The notes below the pieces were generated by a model, which saw nothing but the letters and a program-made list of their open reading frames with translations, had not been told where the DNA came from and did no database searches. From contig OZ242005.1 in NCBI GenBank assembly GCA_965204725.1, positions 1,856,001 to 1,920,000 of the forward strand: a DNA stretch of 64,000 nt, read 5' to 3'. This document shows positions 27,903-36,567 of the stretch, piece by piece. Position 1 is the first letter of the stretch, and each line of letters opens with the position of its first letter. This DNA is from Candidatus Latescibacterota bacterium (GTDB lineage Bacteria; Latescibacterota; UBA2968; UBA8231). The position numbers and the translations under genes are program-made.

Positions 27903-29045
27903 CTACCAAGGAATGGCGTCGTACAAAAAGGCCGCTGCCTCGGCGTGCGCCCGACTGTTGGGATGAAAATCCGTCGGGTGAACCCAGTACTCCCGGGCGT
28001 CCTTGCCAGCGAATAGCGGGAGCAGGTCCACGTAGTGAATCCCCTCCTGCCGCGCCACGGCCTCGATGAGTTCGTGGACCTCTGTTAGGGGGTAGGCGTC
28101 CAGTTGGTAGAATACAGGCCAGACGACCAAAGAGAAGGCAATCCCCTTCGCCGAGCAGTACGTCTTCATCCGGCGGAGCACCTGCCGGGTCTGGGGCCAC
28201 TGGGGGTTGTTGGTGTAGAGTTGTCGATACCACTCCACGGTATCGCCGGCGATCTGCTGCCGCTGCAAGCGTAGGGCAAACCAACGCAGGGTATAGCTGT
28301 CCCGTCCCGCCAAAAATCGGGCGGGGCTGGTCCTGGTCCGTAAGTGCATAAAATCGTTAAATTCACCTTCCAACTCCAGACGACGCCCGTTCTTTGAAAT
28401 AATACCTCTGCTCAATTCTCTTTCCCACTTCGCCAGACGCCCCTTAAAAATTGGATCATTTAGGACAAACGAATACACGACGTGATCAACCCGATCAAAG
28501 TACTCGACATAATGCTCCATGACCTCGGCGATCCACTCGATACCCCGGTCCCGCTTACAGCCACTAAAGAGCCGATAGTGCTCGGCTGGGCACTCCCGCT
28601 TCAATCGGGCCTCCAAGACATTCGGAAAGCGATCCACCACCCGCACCCCCTGACCAAAGCAAAAGGAGTCGCCGACCAACACGACGATTTTGTCCCGCTC
28701 CGCATCGAATGCAGCCATGGGCCGCTCGCGCAGTCCCTCTTCGTTGAGGCGTATCTCAACGGCATTGGGCACTTTGCGCGGCGATAGATTGGCGAGGGCG
28801 GGATCTCTGTTGGCATTCCCCAGATAGGTCAACTCTCCAAACAGGTGTGCCCGCCGCAGATCCCAGTCGGGCGTACCTGCAAAGTGGTCGTCGTAGCATG
28901 ACAGCTCAAGGCTTGGATCGTCCGTCTTGTAATAGACCATGGGATAGATCGGCTCGGCCTGAGCGAGGAGCCAAAAAGAGATTTCAACGACGAGCGCACT
29001 AACGACCAAACTCGCAACGACCAACAGCAGCTTACCGCGATCCAT
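27903..29045 (-). CDS. Membrane-anchored SGNH/GDSL hydrolase, copy 1
   Basis: Same motifs; AAGGAGG RBS before MDRGK. Confidence 0.85.
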   Translation of the reverse strand: MDRGKLLLVVASLVVSALVVEISFWLLAQAEPIYPMVYYKTDDPSLELSCYDDHFAGTPDWDLRRAHLFGELTYLGNANRDPALANLSPRKVPNAVEIRLNEEGLRERPMAAFDAERDKIVVLVGDSFCFGQGVRVVDRFPNVLEARLKRECPAEHYRLFSGCKRDRGIEWIAEVMEHYVEYFDRVDHVVYSFVLNDPIFKGRLAKWERELSRGIISKNGRRLELEGEFNDFMHLRTRTSPARFLAGRDSYTLRWFALRLQRQQIAGDTVEWYRQLYTNNPQWPQTRQVLRRMKTYCSAKGIAFSLVVWPVFYQLDAYPLTEVHELIEAVARQEGIHYVDLLPLFAGKDAREYWVHPTDFHPNSRAHAEAAAFLYDAIPW

Positions 29046-29097
29046 GTTCGGAATTTCCTCCTTTAACGTGAGTTCCGGTTCCGGGCATAGCGAGCAT

Positions 29098-30132
29098 TCA
29101 AGACGCCCGCGGCCAGAGCAGCGCCCGCTCTGGGTCAATGCGCGGATACACGGTCTCGCCCGGGGCAAAACGCCGCTCCTTAGACGCGGTGATGTGGATG
29201 GACGCCCCGGCCCAATCCACCCATAAAATCCATGCGGCCCCGGCGTCCTCCACCACGCGCACCACGCCCGGCACCCGCCCCCCGGTGGGCGCGATGTCCT
29301 CCGGCCGGACGCCGAGCAGCATCTCGCCCGCGCCGCTCTGGGCCGGCATCCGCTCGACCTCGTTGGGGCCAATCCACCAATCCCCGCGCCGCTCGACGCG
29401 CAGGATGTTGATCGCGGGTTGACCCAACTGGCGCGCCACTACCGGCGAGACCGGCCGACGATAAATGACCTCTGGGCGGCCCTGCTGCAAAATCCGCCCT
29501 TCGGCCAGCACGGCAATGGAATCGCCCATGGACAGGGCCTCGGCTTGGTCGTGGGTCACGTAGATCGCCGGAATGCCCAGTTCTTGCCGCAACAGGGCCA
29601 GCTCTAGGCGGAGGGACTCCCGCAGCTTGGCGTCCAAATTGGTCAGCGGCTCGTCGAACAGAAACAGCCGCGGCCGCCGCACAATCGCCTGCCCAATGGC
29701 CACCCGCTGCATCTCCCCTCCCGACAGGCGGGCCGCCGGCCGGTCGAGCAGGCGTTCGATCTTGAGCAGCTCGGCCGCCCAGCCGACGCGGCGGTCGATC
29801 TCGCCGCTCGCTAGCTGCCAACGCGGTGCCTTGAGCGGAAATTCCAAATTGCGCCGTACGCTCCAATCGGGATACAGGGCGAAGTGCTGAAAGACAAACG
29901 CAACGTCGCGGTCGGCCGGCGGCCAGTCCGTCACCGCTTCGCCGCCCATCTCGACCCGGCCCGCATCGGGCGCGTCCAACCCCGCGACGATCCGCAGCAG
30001 CGTAGTCTTACCCGCGCCGGTCGGCCCCAGCACCACCAGCATCTCGTCGGCCCCCAACGACAGGTCAATGCCCGACAGGACCTCGGCCCGGCCAAAGCAC
30101 CGCCGCACCCCTCGTAGCTGCAACCAAGCCAT
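29098..30132 (-). CDS. Sugar/polyol ABC transporter ATP-binding protein
   Basis: GPTGAGKT, LSGGEMQR, FDEPL, YVTHDQ; start at MAWLQ. Confidence 0.9.
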   Translation of the reverse strand: MAWLQLRGVRRCFGRAEVLSGIDLSLGADEMLVVLGPTGAGKTTLLRIVAGLDAPDAGRVEMGGEAVTDWPPADRDVAFVFQHFALYPDWSVRRNLEFPLKAPRWQLASGEIDRRVGWAAELLKIERLLDRPAARLSGGEMQRVAIGQAIVRRPRLFLFDEPLTNLDAKLRESLRLELALLRQELGIPAIYVTHDQAEALSMGDSIAVLAEGRILQQGRPEVIYRRPVSPVVARQLGQPAINILRVERRGDWWIGPNEVERMPAQSGAGEMLLGVRPEDIAPTGGRVPGVVRVVEDAGAAWILWVDWAGASIHITASKERRFAPGETVYPRIDPERALLWPRAS

Positions 30133-31172
30133 CAGAGCCGCTGGCCGCTCGTCGGGTCGAACAACAGCGCCCGGTCCAAGTCCAAACCCAAAGCCGCTCC
30201 CACATCCATCCGCTGCCGAGCGGGCACCCGCATGACCAGCCGACCGCACTCGGCCTGTAGGTGGATGTAGCGGCACGCGCCTTGGTATTCGTCGCGCACC
30301 ACCTCGGCCCGCAGCCGCGCTTTGGCGGCCGGCCGCACGAACTCCGGCCGCACCCCCAAGGTCGCCGGTCCCGACCGCACCGGCTCGGCCAGCGGCCAGT
30401 TCAACCCCGGTGCGACAAAGCAGCCCGCGCGAACTTCCCCGGTGATGAAGTTCATGCTGGGGCTGCCGATAAAACGCGCCACAAACAGGTCGGCTGGCTG
30501 GTCGTACACCCAAGCCGCGGCCCCGCGCTGGCGAATCCGGCCCTCGTCCATGACCACCACTTGATCGGCCAAGCTCAGGGCCTCCTCCTGATCGTGGGTC
30601 ACGTACAAGGTGGTAATTCCGGCGTCGAGCTGTTGGGCGCGGATCATCTCCCGCATCTCCAGCCGCAAATCCGCGTCAAGCGTGCCCAACGGCTCGTCCA
30701 TCAGGTAGAGCTGCGGCCGCCGCACCATGGCCCGCGCCAAGGCCACCCGCTGCTGATCGCCGCCGGCGAGCTGCCGGGGATAGCGCCCGACCAACGCGCC
30801 CAACCCCAACCGCTCGACGATGTCGGCCACCCGCTGCCGCCGTTCCCCCCGACTCAACCCCATGCTCTCCAGCGGAAAGCCGATGTTGTCCTCGACCTTT
30901 AGGTGCGGATAGAGCGCGTAAAACTGAAACGCGAACCCCACGTCGCGCTCGGCCGGCGAGCGGCCGGTGATGTCCGCGCCGGCCAGCACAATCTGCCCGG
31001 CCGTGGGCTTTTCGAGGCCAGCGACCATCCGCAGCGTCGTCGTCTTGCCGCACCCGGAAGGCCCCAACAGCACGGCGAACTCGCCCGCGCCGCAGCGCAA
31101 GTCAATGCCGCGCACGGCGTGTGTGCCGTCCGCGTAGGTCTTGGTCAAGCCCGCACAAGCGAGAAAGCTCAT
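30132..31172 (-). CDS. Sugar/polyol ABC transporter ATP-binding protein
   Basis: GPSGCGKT, LAGGDQQR, MDEPL, YVTHDQ. Confidence 0.9.
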   Translation of the reverse strand: MSFLACAGLTKTYADGTHAVRGIDLRCGAGEFAVLLGPSGCGKTTTLRMVAGLEKPTAGQIVLAGADITGRSPAERDVGFAFQFYALYPHLKVEDNIGFPLESMGLSRGERRQRVADIVERLGLGALVGRYPRQLAGGDQQRVALARAMVRRPQLYLMDEPLGTLDADLRLEMREMIRAQQLDAGITTLYVTHDQEEALSLADQVVVMDEGRIRQRGAAAWVYDQPADLFVARFIGSPSMNFITGEVRAGCFVAPGLNWPLAEPVRSGPATLGVRPEFVRPAAKARLRAEVVRDEYQGACRYIHLQAECGRLVMRVPARQRMDVGAALGLDLDRALLFDPTSGQRL

Positions 31173-31333
31173 CGCTCATCGCTCTGCCAGTGCGTAGTAA
31201 TGATGTGCAGGATGGTAAAGAGCGCGGTGGCAAAGAATCCGTAGCGCAGCCCCGCGCCCCAAAGCGGCTGCAACATCAATCCCACGCCGGCGACCATGCC
31301 CGCGAGGGCGCAGCGATCCAACCACCGGCTCAT
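31169..31333 (-). CDS. 54-aa two-TM protein inside the ABC operon (not in the ORF track)
   Basis: MSRWLDRCALAGMVAGVGLMLQPLWGAGLRYGFFATALFTILHIITTHWQSDER; ATGA overlaps with both neighbours. Confidence 0.75.
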   Translation of the reverse strand: MSRWLDRCALAGMVAGVGLMLQPLWGAGLRYGFFATALFTILHIITTHWQSDER

Positions 31334-32193
31334 CGCTTAATCGTCCCAAAGGTGACGCCGCGCAGCAGGTGCTGGCGCACCAAGACCGTAAAGACGATGA
31401 TCGGCGCGACAAAAACGAGCATCCCCGCGCTGATCTGGGCCCACGGCAAGCCCGACACATTGCCCTGCAACCCGGCGAAGTAAACCGGCACGGTAACGGC
31501 CTTTTGGTTGTTGAGCGTCATGGCAAACCCGTACTCGTTCCAAGCGGAGATCAGGCAGAACACCGCGGTGCCTGCCATCCCGGGCACGGCCCGCGGCAGG
31601 ACGACCAAGCGAAAGGCTTGGAAGCGCGTGTAACCGGCCACCAGCGCGGCCTCTTCGTACGCGGTGGGTATTTCGTCGATAAAGCCCTTCATCAGCCACA
31701 CGGCCAGCGACATATTGAACGCCGTGTACAGCAAGACCAAGCCCATGTAGCTGTTTTGGAGATCGAATTGGCGGTACATCATCAGCATCGGCACGACCAC
31801 GGCGAGGGGCGGCAAAAAGCGCGTCGAGAGGATGAAAAACAGCCAGTCGCGCCCCCCGGGGATGGCAAAGCGGCTAAAGCCATAGGCCGCGCAGGTGCCA
31901 ATCAGCACCGAGCACAAGGTGCTGCAAAGGCCAATGACCAAGCTGTTGCCCAAGTAGTGGAAAAAGGCGTGCTCCCCGCCGGCGTACACCGCGGCCAGTT
32001 GGCGGTAGCCATCGAGATTGGCGCGGAAGTAAATCCCGTCGGCCGCGACCTCGCTGGCCCAAGTGGGCGCGAACTTGGGATGCACGGCAATGCTGTCGTC
32101 CCGCGTCTTAAACGAGGTCAACAAGAGCCAGACTAGCGGCAGCATGGCCACCGCGAAGTACCCCCCGACCAAGGCGATGCGCAGCGCCTTCAC
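31330..32193 (-). CDS. Carbohydrate ABC permease (MalG-like)
   Basis: LLTSFK, AAYGFSRF, EEAALVAG (EAA loop), AWNEY; GTG start. Confidence 0.9.
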   Translation of the reverse strand: MKALRIALVGGYFAVAMLPLVWLLLTSFKTRDDSIAVHPKFAPTWASEVAADGIYFRANLDGYRQLAAVYAGGEHAFFHYLGNSLVIGLCSTLCSVLIGTCAAYGFSRFAIPGGRDWLFFILSTRFLPPLAVVVPMLMMYRQFDLQNSYMGLVLLYTAFNMSLAVWLMKGFIDEIPTAYEEAALVAGYTRFQAFRLVVLPRAVPGMAGTAVFCLISAWNEYGFAMTLNNQKAVTVPVYFAGLQGNVSGLPWAQISAGMLVFVAPIIVFTVLVRQHLLRGVTFGTIKR

Positions 32194-33053
32194 GAAGCCC
32201 TCGCCTCCTCGCGCCGCTGCACCGCGCTCAAGTAGCGCACAAACGCGCTGGCCAGCGCGATCACCAGCACCAGCACCACATACGAATACGCCGCGCCCAA
32301 CCCCACCTTGCCGTCGCGGAACACCACCTGATAGAGCAGCGCACTCACCGTTTGCGTTGCGGGGTCGTTGGGGCCGGTGATCGCCATGACCAAATCGAAC
32401 TGCTTGAGCGCGTCCGTGGCCCTCAGCAGCACGGCCAAGCCCAAAAGCGGCGCACACAACGGCAGGGTAATCCGGCGAAAGACCTTCCACCGCGAGGCCC
32501 GGTCTATGGCCGCGGCCTCGTACAGGTAGCTGGGGATGGCGTTGAGTGCCGCCAGCGCGATCAGCATCATAAACGGCGTCCACATCCACACGTCAACCAG
32601 CAAAATCGACAGGAGCTTGAGGTCGGGGTCGGTAATCCACTGGGGTTGGCCCAGCCCCAGTGCGGCGAGGCATTGGTTGAGGATGCCGTAGTGCCCGTTG
32701 AGCACCAACTTCCAAAAGAGCGCGATCACGGCCGGCGGCAACATCATCGGCACCAAAAGCGCGGTCAGGGCAACCGCCCGGCCGCGGAAGCGATCTTTGA
32801 GCGCCAGCGCCAAGGCAAAGCCCAAGACCAGTTCGGCGGTCACGGCCGTGCAGACAAAGAGCGCGGTCGTCCGCAACGCGGCCCCGTATTGGGCAAACTT
32901 GAACGCCACCGCGTAGTTGAGCCCCCCCACGAATTTCCACGTCCCGCCGACCAAGTCCACATTGGTGAAGCTGAGTGCGATGCTGTACAGCAGTGGGAAG
33001 ACATTCACGCCAATGAGCAAGACGAGGGCCGGCCCCACAAACGCATAGCCCAT
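32190..33053 (-). CDS. Carbohydrate ABC permease (MalF-like)
   Basis: GLNY, DVWMWTPF, YEAAAIDRAS. Confidence 0.9.
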   Translation of the reverse strand: MGYAFVGPALVLLIGVNVFPLLYSIALSFTNVDLVGGTWKFVGGLNYAVAFKFAQYGAALRTTALFVCTAVTAELVLGFALALALKDRFRGRAVALTALLVPMMLPPAVIALFWKLVLNGHYGILNQCLAALGLGQPQWITDPDLKLLSILLVDVWMWTPFMMLIALAALNAIPSYLYEAAAIDRASRWKVFRRITLPLCAPLLGLAVLLRATDALKQFDLVMAITGPNDPATQTVSALLYQVVFRDGKVGLGAAYSYVVLVLVIALASAFVRYLSAVQRREEARAS

Positions 33054-33060
33054 TCCCGTT

Positions 33061-34365
33061 CTACTCCATCTTTAGCAAGCCCGCTTCCAGCAGAATCATC
33101 TCGTGCTCAGCGGCCAGCGCGGCGAGGGCCTCGGCGCTCGCGCTCGTTCCGTCGAGGGCCGCGCCCAAGTGGCGCACGGCCGCGGCCAACAGCTCGTTGT
33201 ACACCGGCACGTTCCAAAAGTCCTGCAAATAATCCAGCGATGCGGCGAACGCGGCGTTGTACGGCGCGGCCACGGCAAATTCCGCGCTCGCCAGCAACTC
33301 GGTATTGGCCGTGAACGAGCCGGGATAGGCTATCCACTTCTTCTGAATGGCGGTCTGGGAAAACCACGCGATAAACTGCTTGGCCCATTCCTGCTTTTGC
33401 GGCGCGGTCTTAGTTGAAATGCTAAACCCCTGCCCGCCCAGAGAGATGACGCGCTTGTCCGCGTGGCGCGGAACCTTGAAGAAGCCAGCTTGGTCGCCCA
33501 TGCTGGCGACGATGCCCGGGTAGAACGGAAAGTAGTCCAACACCATGGCCGTAGAGCCGTTGGAGAAGGCCTCCAAGTTAAAGAAGTAATCGGCGTTTGT
33601 GCCGCCTGCGGGCGCGAATTGCAGCAGGGACTTGAAAAACTCCAGCCCGGCCACGGCCCCCTCTGTGTTGAGGTGGCCCTGCACCTTGTAGCTTTGCGGG
33701 TCGCCCCAAGCGCCGCCCCAAGCCCAGAGAAAGGGCTGAAAGCCCATGACGATGGAGTCGTACCCCCGGCCGGTCAGCAGCGAGCAGCCATAGCGCTTTT
33801 GTTCCGGGCGGTGGAAAAACTCGGCTAGATCGCGGAATTCCTCCCACGTATCGGGCGGGACCAGCGGCCGGCCGTAGCGGGCGGCAAACGCCTCCTGCTC
33901 GCCCGGGTCGCTAAACCAGTCGCGGCGATAGACAAAGCCAATGGCATCCGTCTGACAGGGCGCGGCGAAAAACCGACCGCTGCCCGGGGGGTATTCGCAC
34001 AAATAGCGCGCGGCCCGCGGATGGATCGCGCCCAAGTCAACGGCCTCGGGCAGCCAATCGGTCAGTTCCAGATACAGCCCCTTGGTCGCGCCGCGCCCGA
34101 TCCATTGGCTGTCGCCCACGACGATGTCGAAGTCGGTCTGCTTGTTGCCAAAGTTGAGAAAGACTTGGTCCTGATACGCCGGCCAAGGAATTTGGTACAC
34201 CTCAACGGCAATCCCGGTCTCTTGGGCGAACTCGTCGCCCAGCGCTTGCAGGGCCGCAGCCGGATCCCACTGCGCCCACCAGATGGTGATCTTTTTGTCT
34301 TCAGCGCGTCCTGCTTGCACCGCGAATAGCAGAGCCGCAGCCAGCCCGATCATCCACATTCTCAT
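33061..34365 (-). CDS. Sugar/polyol ABC substrate-binding protein
   Basis: Signal peptide, DIVVGDSQW, YRRDWF, PDTWEE, LGGQG. Confidence 0.88.
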   Translation of the reverse strand: MRMWMIGLAAALLFAVQAGRAEDKKITIWWAQWDPAAALQALGDEFAQETGIAVEVYQIPWPAYQDQVFLNFGNKQTDFDIVVGDSQWIGRGATKGLYLELTDWLPEAVDLGAIHPRAARYLCEYPPGSGRFFAAPCQTDAIGFVYRRDWFSDPGEQEAFAARYGRPLVPPDTWEEFRDLAEFFHRPEQKRYGCSLLTGRGYDSIVMGFQPFLWAWGGAWGDPQSYKVQGHLNTEGAVAGLEFFKSLLQFAPAGGTNADYFFNLEAFSNGSTAMVLDYFPFYPGIVASMGDQAGFFKVPRHADKRVISLGGQGFSISTKTAPQKQEWAKQFIAWFSQTAIQKKWIAYPGSFTANTELLASAEFAVAAPYNAAFAASLDYLQDFWNVPVYNELLAAAVRHLGAALDGTSASAEALAALAAEHEMILLEAGLLKME

Positions 34366-34413
34366 AGTCTCCTCCTTATAAGCATTTTTAACGTCGGTTT
34401 GAATTCGGTGCGC

Positions 34414-35109
34414 CTAGCATCCCTCGTTCTCGGCGGCGTTCAGCTTGTCTAGCACCTGCCACTTTTGCCGCTGGCGGCTTTCGGCCGAGTCAAAGACCTC
34501 GCGGATGAAGTGGTCTCGGCTTTTGCCGCCGGCCAGTTCGGCTAGGCGGTTTTGCAAGTCGTCGTGCGAGGGGTCGCGGCCCAGTGCCGCGCGATAGACC
34601 CCGCACACGAAATCCGCTTCGGCCGCTTCGTCGAGCAAGTCTTGGGCCTCGTAGGCAAAGGCCCTGAGCGTATGAGCTAAAGAGGCGGCCAACCAAGCCT
34701 TGTGCTCGGCCAACGGCCCCAACGTGGCGTACAACTCGGCGCACAACTCGGCATCGCCCGCCCCCTGCTGAGCCTCTTCTACTGGTTTGCCCTCAGACCA
34801 CGCTTGCAGGGTTTGGATATAGGTCTTGGCCCGATCTCGACGCCGGTCGTCCACTTCCCAAGCCCGCGTGAGCACATCCACAGCCGGCCGGCCGGGATAG
34901 GTGCCCTCGCCGATGGCGCGGGCGAGCAGGTTGAGGTTGTCAAAGGCTCGGTAGTGCGTCAGCGAGTCGAAGCGTGCGATGAGGGCGCGGATGTGGCGCA
35001 CCGCGTCGGGCAGCTCCTCCAGCGGCGCGACCCGGGCGTCAATGCGCTGCATGGCTTCGTCGGGTTCGTCGCCGTGGTGCAGAATATTGCGCCAGTGGGA
35101 AGGGGGCAT
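34414..35109 (-). CDS. Hypothetical protein with C-terminal DUF4214-like domain
   Basis: FVCGVYRAALGRDP...W-type helix...FDSAE pattern at the C-terminus. Confidence 0.6.
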   Translation of the reverse strand: MPPSHWRNILHHGDEPDEAMQRIDARVAPLEELPDAVRHIRALIARFDSLTHYRAFDNLNLLARAIGEGTYPGRPAVDVLTRAWEVDDRRRDRAKTYIQTLQAWSEGKPVEEAQQGAGDAELCAELYATLGPLAEHKAWLAASLAHTLRAFAYEAQDLLDEAAEADFVCGVYRAALGRDPSHDDLQNRLAELAGGKSRDHFIREVFDSAESRQRQKWQVLDKLNAAENEGC

Positions 35110-35150
35110 CTGTTTCTCCTATTGGGTTGGGGCTTCGGGATATTCACGAA

Positions 35151-35231
35151 TATAGCCGTTCTACATCCTTCATAAGGGATGTTCTGCATGGCGTGTTGGG
35201 TATGAGATACTTCGCTGCGCTCAGTATGACA
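35151..35231. repeat. Family C REP/MITE fragment
   Basis: Reverse complement of 11157-11217, preceded by TATAGCCGTTCTA. Confidence 0.7.
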
Positions 35232-35389
35232 AGGGCTGGAAGACGAAGCCCTCGTCTGTGTGACTTTTTCTAGACAAAAAGACGCTGGTCAATCTATGCC
35301 CTTGAGGAGGGCGAGGGCAAGCCGCCTTGAGCGAGAAGAGGCCGCCCGCTATAATACCCTGCCAACCCAGCAAGCCAAAAAGGAGCACC

Positions 35390-36535
35390 ATGGCCCCACT
35401 CTACGATGTCCTACTCAAAAACGGGCACCTCATCGACCCCAAAAACAACGTGGACGGCCCGGCCGACCTCGCCGTCAAAGACGGCAAAATCGCCGCCGTG
35501 GGGCCGCAGTTGCCCGGCACCGCGACCCGAGAAGCCGAGGTCGCCGGCCTCTATATAACCCCCGGGCTCATCGACATCCACCTGCACGTGTACGGCGGCT
35601 TTGATGCTTGGCTCTTCCCCGACCCGCACACCCTGCCGCACGGCGTCACCACCTGCGTCGATACGGGCGGCGCGGGGTACAGGGATTTTGCGGATTTCAA
35701 AGAGACCATCATCGACCCGTCCATCACCCGCGTCCTCGCCTTTGTCAACATCGTCGGGGCCGGCATGACCGGCCCGCCCGAGCAAGACACCACCGATATG
35801 GACCCCATCCCCTGCGCCGCAGCCGTTGAGCGCTACCCCGAGCACATCGTCGGGGTCAAGTCGGCCCATTTTGGCGGCCCGGGCTGGGAATCTACCGGCG
35901 GGGCTATTGAGGCCGCGCGGCGGGCGGGCAGCCTAGTCATGGTCGATTTCTCGCCCAAGCCCACCCGCACGTACCCCGAGCTGCTCGCCCGCTACAGCCC
36001 CGGCGACATCCACACCCACTGCTACTCCCGACGCACGCCCATGCTCGACAGCGACGACCGCGTCTTCGACTTTGTCTGGCAGGCGCGGGAGCGCGGCGTG
36101 ATTTTCGATCTGGGTCACGGCAACGCCTCCTTCCGCTTCCACATTGCCGCACCGGCCATGGCCCAAGGCTTCCCGCCCGATACCATCAGCACCGACCTGC
36201 ACCGCCGCAGCCGCCTGCTGCCCAACGCCACCATGAACATCACCATGTCGAAAATGCTGGCCCTCGGCATGCCGCTGCAAGAGGTCATCTACCGCTCGAC
36301 CCAGCGCCCGGCCGAAGTCATCCGTCGGCCCGAACTGGGGCACCTGAGCGTAGGGGCTGAAGCCGATGTAGCGGTGCTGGCCGTCCACGAAGGCCGCTTC
36401 GGCTTTGTCGATGCCACCCGCAGCACCCTGCAAGGCCGCCAAAAAATAGAGGGCCGCATGACCCTGCGAGCCGGCGAAATCGTCTGGGATCAGGACGGTT
36501 TGAGCTTGCCGTCTTGGGAGGAAGGGGCGCGCTAG
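35390..36535 (+). CDS. Amidohydrolase/deacetylase (dihydroorotase-like)
   Basis: PGLIDIHLH, GVTTCVDTG, GDIHTH, DLGHG, ISTDLH. Confidence 0.88.
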   Translation: MAPLYDVLLKNGHLIDPKNNVDGPADLAVKDGKIAAVGPQLPGTATREAEVAGLYITPGLIDIHLHVYGGFDAWLFPDPHTLPHGVTTCVDTGGAGYRDFADFKETIIDPSITRVLAFVNIVGAGMTGPPEQDTTDMDPIPCAAAVERYPEHIVGVKSAHFGGPGWESTGGAIEAARRAGSLVMVDFSPKPTRTYPELLARYSPGDIHTHCYSRRTPMLDSDDRVFDFVWQARERGVIFDLGHGNASFRFHIAAPAMAQGFPPDTISTDLHRRSRLLPNATMNITMSKMLALGMPLQEVIYRSTQRPAEVIRRPELGHLSVGAEADVAVLAVHEGRFGFVDATRSTLQGRQKIEGRMTLRAGEIVWDQDGLSLPSWEEGAR

Positions 36536-36567
36536 GCACTCCCCACTTTCCGCCTCCTACCAACCTC

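Noticed and set aside
24814-29045. Diversity-generating retroelement behind SGNH variation
   Set aside because: No reverse transcriptase in the window, changes are not adenine-specific, and the variable region is internal.
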